The notes under the pieces: model-generated | What the model was told of the DNA's origin: nothing | Database searches by the model: none | What the model saw: the letters and a program-made list of their open reading frames with translations, nothing else | Shown: one piece after another, positions 44,175 through 53,628 of the stretch | Layout of the letters: every line of letters starts with the position of its first letter | How positions within the stretch are numbered: the stretch's first letter is position 1 | Source: Candidatus Eiseniibacteriota bacterium | GTDB taxonomy: Bacteria > Eisenbacteria > RBG-16-71-46 > CAVPCR01 | Assembly: GCA_963823555.1 (NCBI GenBank) | Contig: CAWGMA010000001.1 | Coordinates: 1,984,001-2,048,000, forward strand | Direction: 5' to 3' | DNA: 64,000 bases | Program-made: the position numbers and the translations under genes

Positions 44175-44738
44175 CTAGCTCGACCCGAAATCCACCCGCG
44201 GAGCGTCGCGCTCAGCTTGGTCCTCGATCTCGAAGAAATCTCGCCGCAAGAACCCGAAGGCGCCAGCGATGAGATTGGTGGGGAACTGGGCGATGCGGGT
44301 GTTGAAATCGCGGACGACGGCATTGTAGTAGCGACGTGCATTCTGGACCTGCCCCTCGATTTCGCTGAGCGAGGCCTGCAATGCCGTGAAGCTCTCGACC
44401 GCGCGGAGCTGAGGATAGGCCTCGGCCAGCGCGAAGAGCTGACGTAGGGCCCCGGTCAGGGTCCCCTCGGCCTCGGATTTGGCCGCTGGGCCCTGGGCAG
44501 CCATGGCGCGGTTGCGCGCCTGGATCACGGCATCGAGAGTCGTCTTCTCGTGGGCGGCGTAGCCCTTGACGGTCTCGACGAGATTGGGGATCAGGTCGTA
44601 GCGGCGCTTGAGCTGGACATCGATGTCAGCCCAGGCGTTCTCCGCCATGACGCGCAGCCTGACCAGACCATTGTAGGCCGCGATCACGTAGACCACGATC
44701 GCGACGAGGACGATCAGGAAGATCAAGGGCAGGCCCAT
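44175..44738 (-). CDS. lemA: LemA family protein
   Basis: YNGLV, AWADIDVQLKRRYDLIPNLVETVKGYA.HE, AEAYPQL, ARRYYN, FPTN. Confidence 0.97.
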   Translation of the reverse strand: MGLPLIFLIVLVAIVVYVIAAYNGLVRLRVMAENAWADIDVQLKRRYDLIPNLVETVKGYAAHEKTTLDAVIQARNRAMAAQGPAAKSEAEGTLTGALRQLFALAEAYPQLRAVESFTALQASLSEIEGQVQNARRYYNAVVRDFNTRIAQFPTNLIAGAFGFLRRDFFEIEDQAERDAPRVDFGSS

Positions 44739-44842
44739 CTCTCGCTCCTTCATGAAGATCCGCAGCGGCACCAAAGCCGCGCGGACTATACGCTCGGCCC
44801 CGAGCGCTGTAAAGGAGCGCCGGGGGCACACCGGCCCGCAGT

Positions 44843-44976
44843 TGTTTCCGCTGAAACAGGAGGGATGCCGGCGCGAAGCTCAAGGAGTCAGTGAGCCAGT
44901 GCGGGATGCCGCTGATGTCCATCCGGCCGTTGATGTTCCCGCTGAACGATGCAACGCGGTTGTTTCCGCTGGAACA
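44843..44976. repeat. Three 16-bp imperfect palindromes, consensus TGTTTCCGCTGAAACA
   Basis: 44843-44858 TGTTTCCGCTGAAACA; 44934-44949 TGTTCCCGCTGAACGA; 44961-44976 TGTTTCCGCTGGAACA. Confidence 0.75.
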
Positions 44977-46253
44977 TGGTAGGCCGCCCGCCGCTCGCGC
45001 GCCTGCCACGGCCGCCGGTGGCGCGCCCGGTAGTAGGTCGAGCGCAGCTCCTCCGGATCCCCGCCCGAGGTCGTGACCGCCTCCATCGTCTCCGGCGCAC
45101 ACTCTCCCGCCTCCGCCTCCCGGAGCCACTCCCAGAACTCCTCGTCCTCGATCGCCCCGGCTTCACCCAGCACCCACCTCTCCCCGCGCACCGTAATGAA
45201 CCGGAGCTCGCCGTCCTGGCGCTCGCAGCGCAAGAGCCCCGCGTGCACCAGCTGATGGTGGAACCGGCAGAGGTAGACGAGATTCGAGCGCACATGCCGC
45301 CCGCCCTCCCACACCGGCACGAGATGATGGAGGTCGAGCCACAGCCGCCGCCGGCAGCCCGGGACCCGGCAGCGATGCCCATCGCGGAGCGCCACCGCCC
45401 GCCGCGTCACCTCGGGCACCGAGCGCGTGCGACGGCTCGCCGCGAGCCCCTCCTTCCCCTCCCTGACCACCCGGAGCGCACAATCGCAGAGGAGCCGCTC
45501 GACGACCTCCCGCGGTAACGGCGCCTCCCCCGCCGCGTCGTCGGTCTCGACCCAGCTCCCGCCATCCTCGCCCACGTGCACCACCACCTCGTAGCGCTCC
45601 GCCGTCCGGACCTCCCCCACCTCCCCCGAGAGCGAGTCCGCCGCCAGGTACACGAGCGCCTCCGACCCCGAGAGGCTCCCGCCAGCCTCACGCCGGATCC
45701 GCTCGAGCGCCCGCATCACCACCATCATCTCCTCCGCCGGGAGATCCACCACCATCCGCGTCGTGTGCGCGTTGACCGCCTTCGTGAGGAGCCGCCTCCG
45801 CACCGGCTCCCCCCTCGTCGCCCGCGCCGCCATCACCTCGAGCTCCTCCGCCGTCCGCTCCCGCGCCGCACGGAGCCACTCCCCCTCGGTCTCCGCCGTC
45901 GCCACCCGCGTCACCGCCCTCACCTTGGAGTAGGAGAGTTCGCCGCACCGCAATGCGCCCTCGAGCGCCGGCAACGACTCGAGCGCGAACGCGACCCGGA
46001 TCCGCTCCCGGGCCGCGACCCCGGTGATGCCGCAGACGAGCTCGAGGTAATGGGCGAGGGTCGTGCACCCGAAGTGCTCGTGGCCCTCACAGGCATCCAT
46101 GCGGCGGATCAGGACCAGGAGCTGCCACGTGTTCCAGCTGGCGACCCGGGCCTGGCGGAGGAACTCCGTGTGGAGGCTCTCGGCCGCAAGATTGGTGGGA
46201 GGAAGCGTGGGCGCGACACGATCGGGCACAACCACGGGAACGGAGGTCGACAT
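44880..46253 (-). CDS. DUF222/HNH endonuclease (13E12-like)
   Basis: ARERIRVAFALESLP...GELSYSKVRAVTRVAT..TE..W; RLLCD; RDGHRCRVPGC...DLHHLVPVWEGG....NLVYLCRFHHQLVH. Confidence 0.92.
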   Translation of the reverse strand: MSTSVPVVVPDRVAPTLPPTNLAAESLHTEFLRQARVASWNTWQLLVLIRRMDACEGHEHFGCTTLAHYLELVCGITGVAARERIRVAFALESLPALEGALRCGELSYSKVRAVTRVATAETEGEWLRAARERTAEELEVMAARATRGEPVRRRLLTKAVNAHTTRMVVDLPAEEMMVVMRALERIRREAGGSLSGSEALVYLAADSLSGEVGEVRTAERYEVVVHVGEDGGSWVETDDAAGEAPLPREVVERLLCDCALRVVREGKEGLAASRRTRSVPEVTRRAVALRDGHRCRVPGCRRRLWLDLHHLVPVWEGGRHVRSNLVYLCRFHHQLVHAGLLRCERQDGELRFITVRGERWVLGEAGAIEDEEFWEWLREAEAGECAPETMEAVTTSGGDPEELRSTYYRARHRRPWQARERRAAYHVPAETTALHRSAGTSTAGWTSAASRTGSLTP

Positions 46254-46308
46254 GGCGATGCTCCTTCCGGGGGTCTTGCTGAATTGTCGCGGGGAGGGAA
46301 CTGCAATC

Positions 46309-46337
46309 AGACTAACGATGTCGCCATCGCCGATCAA
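46309..46337 (-). promoter_or_regulatory. Sigma70-like promoter for the HNH gene
   Basis: TTGATC-17 nt-TAGTCT; AAGGAG SD before ATG 46253. Confidence 0.55.
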
Positions 46338-46719
46338 GCACTTTCTTCACTCGAGCGCACATTTCTGCGGGCGACACACGACGCCGATCACCGCCCATCG
46401 ACTCGCAACCTATCAACTCGTTGCCCGACCACTTCGTCAACCGTACTTCGCAAAACGGACTTCGCGAAACTCACACAATCGCGAACCGGAGCGGTCGCCA
46501 TGGCTCCACGAGCGGCACCACCCCTCCACCACCTCCTGCCCAGGAGACCTGGGCCTCGCTCGCCAAAGACGGTCACACTATCCCGGCCGCCCCGTACTTG
46601 CTCATGTCGGACGCTCTGGAGTCGCCCAGAAATGCCCCGGACCGACCTGAACCTCCGGAGCGGACGGAATACCGTACCTGCCCCCTCGACGTTTCTACCA
46701 TCAATCCAATGGAGGTACC

Positions 46720-47124
46720 ATGAAGCGCCATGCCTTCTCTCTCCTGGCCATCCTTGGTCTGGTTCTGACCGCGTCCCTGACTCTGCCACCCGCTGTTCAA
46801 GCCCAGGTCGGCCCCCCAGGCGGCAGGATCTATGCGCACGACGTGGCATACCGCACTGTAGCCACCCCGAACGATCTTCCCAACCACGGGAAGTTCGACA
46901 CGATCTACGTACTCGGCAATGGTCTGGCAGCCGTCTCCAATGCCGCCCCTGGCGATCAGGAGTACAACGGCGGGCGCTGGGAGGTGAGGCTCGTCACGTT
47001 CCTCACGATCCCCGCCACACAGTTCACCAACGCCGATCAGGTGCTCGCCGCGGCCGCCAATGGGGAGATCCAGATCGGGGACGTCGCCAGGCGTTTCGAG
47101 TGCCCGCTGATTCGTAGTCGATAG
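46720..47124 (+). CDS. Small secreted hypothetical protein
   Basis: GGAGG SD, signal peptide (VQA-Q), APGDQEYNGGRW, FECPL. Confidence 0.8.
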   Translation: MKRHAFSLLAILGLVLTASLTLPPAVQAQVGPPGGRIYAHDVAYRTVATPNDLPNHGKFDTIYVLGNGLAAVSNAAPGDQEYNGGRWEVRLVTFLTIPATQFTNADQVLAAAANGEIQIGDVARRFECPLIRSR

Positions 47125-47245
47125 GCGCGGTTGAGTTCATCGCGGGGGCGTGGGCCCCATCCGAATCCCTGAACCTCGAACAGCGAGAGGCCCACCAACA
47201 GGTGGGCCTCTCGCATCCACTCAGCGCGCTCCGCGCGCCCCGCGC

Positions 47246-47929
47246 CTACGGCCTGCGTTCGAGTACTGGGCGCCGACCGCGGAGGGCGACCACGATCCAC
47301 CCCACGACCATTCCAACCACGAACCCCCCGATGTGCGCCCACCAGGCGACGCCCCCTCCCGTATCGCCGATCGAGACCACGCCGCTGAAGAACTGCAGCA
47401 CGAACCACAGACCGAGAACCAGGAGCGCGGGCATCTCGGCGATGCGGGTGTAGAAGCCCAGCGGGATCAGGGACAGCACCCGCGCATGCGGGAAGAGAAC
47501 GAGATAAGCGCCGAGCACGCCGGAAATGGCGCCGCTGGCGCCGATCGCGGGGATGCCGGAAGCAGGATTGAGGTGCGCATGGGCCAGCGTCGCCACCCAG
47601 CCGCACGCGATATAGAACACAAGATAGCGCAGGTGCCCGAACCGATCCTCGATGTTGTCGCCGAAGATCCACAGGTAGAGCATGTTCCCGATGAGATGCA
47701 TCCAGCCCCCATGCATGAACATGGAGAGGAAGATCGACCGCGTGTCGGCGACCACCTGGCCCGGAACGAAGTACTCGCTGGGAATGAAGGCGGCCTGCAT
47801 GAGGAAGCGCTCCAGTCCCGGGCCGAGCGAGAGCTCATAGAAGAACATGAGCACATTGGCCCCGATGAGCACCAGATTCACGAAGGGGAAGCTGCGGCTG
47901 GGATTGATATCTCGAAGCGGCATGACCAT
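47246..47929 (-). CDS. Rhomboid intramembrane serine protease
   Basis: MFMHGGWMHLIGNM.YLWIFGDNIED, GASGAISG, AHIGGF. Confidence 0.96.
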   Translation of the reverse strand: MVMPLRDINPSRSFPFVNLVLIGANVLMFFYELSLGPGLERFLMQAAFIPSEYFVPGQVVADTRSIFLSMFMHGGWMHLIGNMLYLWIFGDNIEDRFGHLRYLVFYIACGWVATLAHAHLNPASGIPAIGASGAISGVLGAYLVLFPHARVLSLIPLGFYTRIAEMPALLVLGLWFVLQFFSGVVSIGDTGGGVAWWAHIGGFVVGMVVGWIVVALRGRRPVLERRP

Positions 47930-48119
47930 GACGGTACGGACCTCTCAAGTTGGATCCCGGATCGGGCAGGATATCGAGTCCATGCTCGATGCGGCGCCAG
48001 GTTACTCTCTCGCTGCCACGCCGACAAGCGGCCCTGGTCCCGGGACCGTTGGCTCGAGCCCATGGCCGGGGCTATGATTGTTCTTTGCAGAAATCGAACA
48101 CTCGGACATCGGCCACTCA

Positions 48120-48881
48120 ATGGAAACCATGCAGTTCATCGACTGCCATGCCCATCTTGCGGATCCGGCCTTCGACGCCGATCGCGATGCGGTTCTCGAC
48201 CGCGCGCGCGCTGCCGGCGTCACCGCCATCCTCTGCGTCGGCGAGACACTGGCCGAGGCCGAGCGCATCATCGAGCTGTCCCGTCGCTCTCCGCTCCTCC
48301 GGCCCTGCGCCGGCCTCTATCCCACGCATCTCGATCTCGTGGCCGAGCGGGAGGTGACGGCGTTCATCCGCGACCATAGGACTGAGCTCGTGGCCATCGG
48401 CGAGGTCGGCCTCGATCACTGGAAGGTGGATGATGCCGAGGGGCAGGGGCTCCAGGAGACCATCTTCCGCCGGCAGATTCGCCTCGCGCTTGAGATCGAC
48501 CTGCCGCTCAACGTGCACTCCCGATCGGCCGGCCGGCGCGCGATCGAGGTGCTCGTGGAGGAGGGAGCGCGTCGGGTCCTGCTCCATGCGTTCGATGCCC
48601 GACCGGCCACCGCCGAGGCCGGCCTCGCTGCGGGCTTCTCCTTCTCCATCCCACCCTCGGTGGTGCGCTCGCGGCAGAAGCAGAAGCTCGTCAGCCGTCT
48701 TCCTCTGCAAGCCCTCTTGCTCGAAACCGATTCCCCGGTCCTCGGCGTCGAGCCCGGAGCCCGGAACGAACCGGCGGCGATCACGGTGGCTGCGGCCGCC
48801 GTCGCCGGGTTGAAGGGCATCCCGATCGCGGAGGTGGCAGCCGTGACAACAGGCAACGCCAAGCAGCTATTCGACCTGTGA
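48120..48881 (+). CDS. tatD: TatD-family deoxyribonuclease
   Basis: DCHAHL, IGEVGLDH, NVHSR, LHAF, LLETDSP. Confidence 0.93.
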   Translation: METMQFIDCHAHLADPAFDADRDAVLDRARAAGVTAILCVGETLAEAERIIELSRRSPLLRPCAGLYPTHLDLVAEREVTAFIRDHRTELVAIGEVGLDHWKVDDAEGQGLQETIFRRQIRLALEIDLPLNVHSRSAGRRAIEVLVEEGARRVLLHAFDARPATAEAGLAAGFSFSIPPSVVRSRQKQKLVSRLPLQALLLETDSPVLGVEPGARNEPAAITVAAAAVAGLKGIPIAEVAAVTTGNAKQLFDL

Positions 48882-48962
48882 CGAGGCCGAACCAGGACCT
48901 GGCGTTCGCGGCCCCAGGTCCGCGGCTAGCCGAGTTCCTCCGGTCCGTTGTATGGTCCGCCC

Positions 48963-49349
48963 ATGCAGGTCGTGGCTGCGGTCATTCGCCATCATGGTCG
49001 CTATCTCATCTGCCGCCGTCCTCGAGGCGGATCGGCCCCCGGAAAATGGGAATTTCCCGGAGGCAAGGTCCATCCGGACGAGACCCCGCCGGCGGCTCTG
49101 GCCCGAGAGCTCAGAGAGGAGCTCGGTATCGCAGCGCGTGTGGGCCCCCCTCTCCTCAGACACACCCACGTCCAGGACACCGCGTGCCCGATCCATCTCC
49201 ACTTCTATGATGTGGAGATCGTCAGTGGAGAGCCCACCTTGCTTCACCACGAGGAGCTGCGCTGGGCAACACCGGAGGAGCTGCGTGCTCTCGATCTGCT
49301 GGAAGCGGATCGAGCACTCCTCGCCCACCTCTCCGCCCCACCCCGTTGA
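48963..49349 (+). CDS. MutT-like Nudix pyrophosphohydrolase
   Basis: VVAAVI, WEFPGGKV..DE....AL.REL.EELG, LEAD. Confidence 0.92.
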   Translation: MQVVAAVIRHHGRYLICRRPRGGSAPGKWEFPGGKVHPDETPPAALARELREELGIAARVGPPLLRHTHVQDTACPIHLHFYDVEIVSGEPTLLHHEELRWATPEELRALDLLEADRALLAHLSAPPR

Positions 49350-49375
49350 TGGCGGCGGTCGGTGGACTGCAGGTC

Positions 49376-50131
49376 TCACCGTTCACTCCCGCCGGGCTGT
49401 TCCCCACCGCCCGCCTTCCCGATCTCCGCTTCCGCCTGGCGGCGCGCCTCTTCTAGCGCCTCCCCACCGGCATCGGTTGCCAGGAGGCTGACACCGACGC
49501 GTACTGAATCGTCGACCTGGAGGATGATCCCGCGCCGCTTGATGCCGTAATCGGCGAGCAGCACTTCGAATTCAGCCGTGATCCGCAGCAAGTTACCGGG
49601 CTTGGCGGGTAACGGCGCCGGCTCGCCAGGAAGCACCTCCCGCACATAGAGGAGGGTGATCGGAATCGTCACCGGCCGGCGAACGCCATGCATCTCCAGG
49701 ATGCCGGCGGCCGACACCTGCACCACCGTATCCGGCGGCAGAGAGTCGAGTGTCGTCGAGCTGACGCGCTCGAGGGTGAACACCGCCTGGGGATAGCGCG
49801 CTGTCTCGAGAAAGACATCGCGCAGGTGCTGGTCGCGGAGCCCGATTCCTGTCCTGAACCGCGTCAAGTCGACTTCGAGGCGGGCCCGTGTCTCTGCCGA
49901 CGTGAGATTCTCGCGGTCGAACGCGACTTCGCCGCGCACGGCGCTCGTGGTCCCAACGATCTGCTCGAGTGGAGCCGACATCGTCCAGGTGATGAGATCC
50001 CGGCCCAGCGGGTCGTCGACGACGAAGCGGACCACCTCGCCGGCTCGCGCGGGATCGATGCCGCAGGCGACAGCGGCGCCGACCAGAGCGACCTGCAGAA
50101 GGAGCACATGGATACTATCCGGCCATCGCAT
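49376..50131 (-). CDS. YceI-family lipid/polyisoprenoid-binding protein
   Basis: APLEQIVG, TGIGLRDQHLR..FLET..YP, L.MHGV.R, LADYGI. Confidence 0.88.
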   Translation of the reverse strand: MRWPDSIHVLLLQVALVGAAVACGIDPARAGEVVRFVVDDPLGRDLITWTMSAPLEQIVGTTSAVRGEVAFDRENLTSAETRARLEVDLTRFRTGIGLRDQHLRDVFLETARYPQAVFTLERVSSTTLDSLPPDTVVQVSAAGILEMHGVRRPVTIPITLLYVREVLPGEPAPLPAKPGNLLRITAEFEVLLADYGIKRRGIILQVDDSVRVGVSLLATDAGGEALEEARRQAEAEIGKAGGGEQPGGSER

Positions 50132-50266
50132 TCCGGGGTCTCCGCTGGGGAAGCCGGCCACTGCGGCCGGCCGTCTCGAGCCACGAAGATAGCATGGCAG
50201 CCGCCAAGGCCGGCCCTGCGCCATTCACCCGTTGCGCCGACTCGGCCCTCACCGCATACTCGCGGG

Positions 50267-51535
50267 GTGAATCCACACGCTCCACGACCGCCGGGGGTTC
50301 CGGCAAAGAACGCTTCCTCCTCCTCGCTGCGCCCGGCTGCCGATTTCCGGGTCCTCTACCACATGCTCGAGGATGCGCTCGCCCAGATCGCCCGCATCGA
50401 CAACATATCGGAGATGCTCGAGCTGATTCTCGAGAGCCTGCTCGAGCGCTTCGCGGACGAGCTCGGGTTCGAGGGTGGACGCATCTACCGGCGCGAGGGA
50501 GAGGACTTCTATCTCTGCTGCGGCTTCGGCACTTCGCGCGAGGCACCGGTCGGCCTGCACGTGCCGCGCAACTACCCGCCCCACCTGCGCACCCTGGAGG
50601 AGGGGCTTCTCATCATGCGGCGCGATGAGCCAGGCATCGATCAGGACTTCGAGCACACGATCGGCGTGGATTCGACCTTCGCAGCGATCGCGGTCGGCGA
50701 GGGGAGCACCCATGTCATCGCCTTCTCGATCAAGGGCGATGTCAGGGAGGAACAGCTGCTCTACTCACTCACCGCGGTGCGACATGTGATCAACCTGAAG
50801 CTGGCGCAGCTCAAGGTGAGTGAGGTCATCGAGGAGTCCCGTGCTGTCCACGAGATCATTCTCCCGGACGCGGCTCCGGCCTTCGCGGGCTACGATCTGG
50901 CGGGGCGCGCCCAGGCGGCCGAGGTCGTCGGCGGCGATCTCTTCGACTATCTTCCGCTTGCGGGCGGTAGGCTTGGCATCGCCATCGGCGATTCAACCGG
51001 TCACGGACTCCCCTCCGCCCTCCTCGCCCGCGATGTTCTGACCGGGCTCCGCATGGGGGTAGGCGACACGCTCGCGATCGATCAGACCATCGCCCGCCTC
51101 AACCGGCTGATCCACCGGGCGGCCAGGTCGACGCGCTTCGTCTCTCTCTTCTATGGCGAGCTCGCCGCCGACGGCTCGCTCGTCTACTGCAACGCCGGAC
51201 ACAATCCGCCCCTCCTCCTCAGCCAGGAGTCGTTCACCGAGCTCGACCGGGGCGGTACCGTCCTCGGCGCGATCCCCACGTCGAGCTACGAGAGCGCTCG
51301 GCTCCGGCTCGTCCCCGGGGATCTCCTGGTCCTCTACACGGACGGCGTCATCGAGCGCCTGGACCAGCGCGGAGAGCTCTACGGCGTCGAGCGGCTCAAG
51401 GAGCTCCTCTTGACGCTCGATCGCGGGCTGCCGGCGCAAGGGGTCGTGGCGACCATCTTCGCCGCTGTCGACTCCTACGGGCGCGGATCCCCCCTGGCGG
51501 ACGATGTCACGGCACTGGCTGTCCGGAAGCTCTGA
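50267..51535 (+). CDS. GAF-like + PP2C (SpoIIE/RsbU) Ser/Thr phosphatase
   Basis: VGGDLFDY, GDSTGHG, NAGHNPP, LYTDGVIE, DDVT; start 50267 (GTG) or 50363. Confidence 0.92.
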   Translation: MNPHAPRPPGVPAKNASSSSLRPAADFRVLYHMLEDALAQIARIDNISEMLELILESLLERFADELGFEGGRIYRREGEDFYLCCGFGTSREAPVGLHVPRNYPPHLRTLEEGLLIMRRDEPGIDQDFEHTIGVDSTFAAIAVGEGSTHVIAFSIKGDVREEQLLYSLTAVRHVINLKLAQLKVSEVIEESRAVHEIILPDAAPAFAGYDLAGRAQAAEVVGGDLFDYLPLAGGRLGIAIGDSTGHGLPSALLARDVLTGLRMGVGDTLAIDQTIARLNRLIHRAARSTRFVSLFYGELAADGSLVYCNAGHNPPLLLSQESFTELDRGGTVLGAIPTSSYESARLRLVPGDLLVLYTDGVIERLDQRGELYGVERLKELLLTLDRGLPAQGVVATIFAAVDSYGRGSPLADDVTALAVRKL

Positions 51536-51595
51536 CCCGCCCTCAAAACCTAAGGTGGCGCCCCCTCGCGGCGACCTTTATCCTCTCCCCCCGTC

Positions 51596-52420
51596 GTGAA
51601 CGAACTCCCCTCGACCCAGAGCGGCACCCATCGCTGGCCGGAGCTACTCAGCATCACCGACCATCGGTCGCTGTTCGATGATGCCTTCATCGACCGCTAC
51701 GAGCCGGGTGACGCCGCGTACTTCCGCGCCATCACGCGCAGCGCCACGATCCGCCAGATGGCGGACGTCCTCACCGCGGTCGGCCTCTCCGGGCGTGGCC
51801 GGGTGCTCGACATCGGCTGCGGCGCCGGACAGGGGAGCTTCGCCGCCGCCTGCCTCAACGATGAGGTCCTCGCCATCGATATCAACCCATCCTTGATCGA
51901 GATCTGCGAGGAGGCCCGCGTTCGCCACGGCGTCCACAACCTGAGCTTCGCCTGCCGCAGCTTTGCCAGTCCCCTCCTCATCGACGGCTCGTTCGATGCC
52001 GCCATCTGCTCGGAGGTGCTCTACATCGTCGACACCGAGGCCTGCATGCGGCGGCTGGGAGCCCTGGTCCGTCCCGGGGGGGTGGTCTACCTCCGTACTC
52101 ACTGTTTCCCCTGGGCGCTTCGCTACTGGCTGCGCTCGATCCTCAAGCTGAGCCCGCTCGACTTCGCCCTGTATAGCCGCCGCCTCGCGCTCGCCTTGCC
52201 CCGCCAGCTGTTCGGGTTCCGTCCTTCGCGCCGTTACCAGTACTTGACCCGGCGCGAGCTCTACCGGCTGATGGCGGCCAGCGGCTTCGACCTGGTGGCG
52301 GCAACGGGTGACGATGGCGAGCACGATCTCTACGCGCTGGCCCCCACGCTCCGGTCATGGCGCGGTCCCGGCCCCGGAGGCATCCTCTACTTCATCGACG
52401 CGGTCGGCAGGAGACGATGA
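51596..52420 (+). CDS. Class I SAM-dependent methyltransferase
   Basis: VLDIGCGAG, FDAAICSEVLY, LVRPGG. Confidence 0.88.
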   Translation: MNELPSTQSGTHRWPELLSITDHRSLFDDAFIDRYEPGDAAYFRAITRSATIRQMADVLTAVGLSGRGRVLDIGCGAGQGSFAAACLNDEVLAIDINPSLIEICEEARVRHGVHNLSFACRSFASPLLIDGSFDAAICSEVLYIVDTEACMRRLGALVRPGGVVYLRTHCFPWALRYWLRSILKLSPLDFALYSRRLALALPRQLFGFRPSRRYQYLTRRELYRLMAASGFDLVAATGDDGEHDLYALAPTLRSWRGPGPGGILYFIDAVGRRR

Positions 52421-53628
52421 CTCACCTCCTCGTTCGCGCCCTCAACCGGCTGACCTACTTGATCGACGAGCACACGCGCTCGCTCGGAGTTCCGGGATCG
52501 CGCGACGAGCATCTCGCCGCCACGCTCGACTGGCTGCTTCGCGCCCACGACGCCTCGGGCGATGATGGCGTTTCGGCGGGCTACCACCCGGTGCGCCGCG
52601 CGTGGTTCCCCTCCTATCCGGAGACCACGGGCTACATCATCTCCACACTTCTCCGCCTCGCCGAGCGGGCCGCCGCTCAGGGCGCCAGCGCCCATGCCGC
52701 CGAAATCAAGGCCCGGGCTCGGCGCATGGGGCGCTGGGAGATCGGGGTGCAGATGCCCGAGGGATGCGTGCAGGCCGATTACCTCGGCGCCGCCCCCCCG
52801 CGACCGGCCGTCTTCAACACGGGGCAAGTGGTCTTTGGGTGGTGCGCGCTCCACGACTTCGATCAGAGCCCGGAGTGGCTGTCGGCCGCCAGGCGCGCCG
52901 TCAGCTGGCTCGTGGCCCATCAGGAACCGGACGGCTGCTGGCGCCGCGGGCAGTCACCCAAGGCATCGAGCCCCGTGCACAGCTACGACGTCCGCGTCGC
53001 CTGGGCTCTTGCGGAATATCACCGTATCACGCAGGATCCTGCGGCAAAGGAGGCAGCCCGGCGAGCGGCCGAGTGGACCGTCGAGCAGCAGGATCCGGAT
53101 GGCTGGTTCGCTGCGACCGCGTTCGATGCCGGGACGGCACCCACGACCCACCCCATCGGCTACGTGCTCGAGGGCCTCGTTGCCGTGGGTCTTCATCTCG
53201 GCGAGGACCGCTTCATCACGTCGGCCCGGCGCGCCGCCGATGCCCTTCTCGAGCGCCTGAGCCCGCTCGGCACGCTGGCCGGCGCCTACGACCGCCACTG
53301 GCGGCCGGCCAGTGGCAGCACGTGCCTCACCGGCAACGCCCAGATCGGCATCGTGTGGGGATGGCTATTCGTGCTCACCGGCGAGGAGAAGTACCGGACC
53401 GGGCTCGCCGCCGCGAATCGGGCCATCGCCCGCACCCAGCAACTGACGGATCGCAATCCGGGGATCCTCGGCGGGGTCAAGGGCTCGCACCCGAACACGA
53501 GTGGATACAGCCCGTTCTTCTATCCGAACTGGGCCGCCAAGTTCTATCTCGACGCGCTCCTTCTGGAGGAAGCGCTGGCGAACGAGCCGCGCGATGCGTT
53601 ACGTGCGCGGCTACCCTGGTGCGGATGA
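52417..53628 (+). CDS. (alpha/alpha)-toroid protein (prenyltransferase/squalene-cyclase-like QxxDGxW repeats)
   Basis: SYPETTGY, FNTGQV, QEPDGCW, QDPDGWF, CLTGNAQ, YPNWAAKF. Confidence 0.75.
   Translation: MTHLLVRALNRLTYLIDEHTRSLGVPGSRDEHLAATLDWLLRAHDASGDDGVSAGYHPVRRAWFPSYPETTGYIISTLLRLAERAAAQGASAHAAEIKARARRMGRWEIGVQMPEGCVQADYLGAAPPRPAVFNTGQVVFGWCALHDFDQSPEWLSAARRAVSWLVAHQEPDGCWRRGQSPKASSPVHSYDVRVAWALAEYHRITQDPAAKEAARRAAEWTVEQQDPDGWFAATAFDAGTAPTTHPIGYVLEGLVAVGLHLGEDRFITSARRAADALLERLSPLGTLAGAYDRHWRPASGSTCLTGNAQIGIVWGWLFVLTGEEKYRTGLAAANRAIARTQQLTDRNPGILGGVKGSHPNTSGYSPFFYPNWAAKFYLDALLLEEALANEPRDALRARLPWCG

Noticed and set aside
52417..53628. Squalene-hopene cyclase
   Set aside because: Only about 400 aa, a single toroid, and no DxDD catalytic motif.
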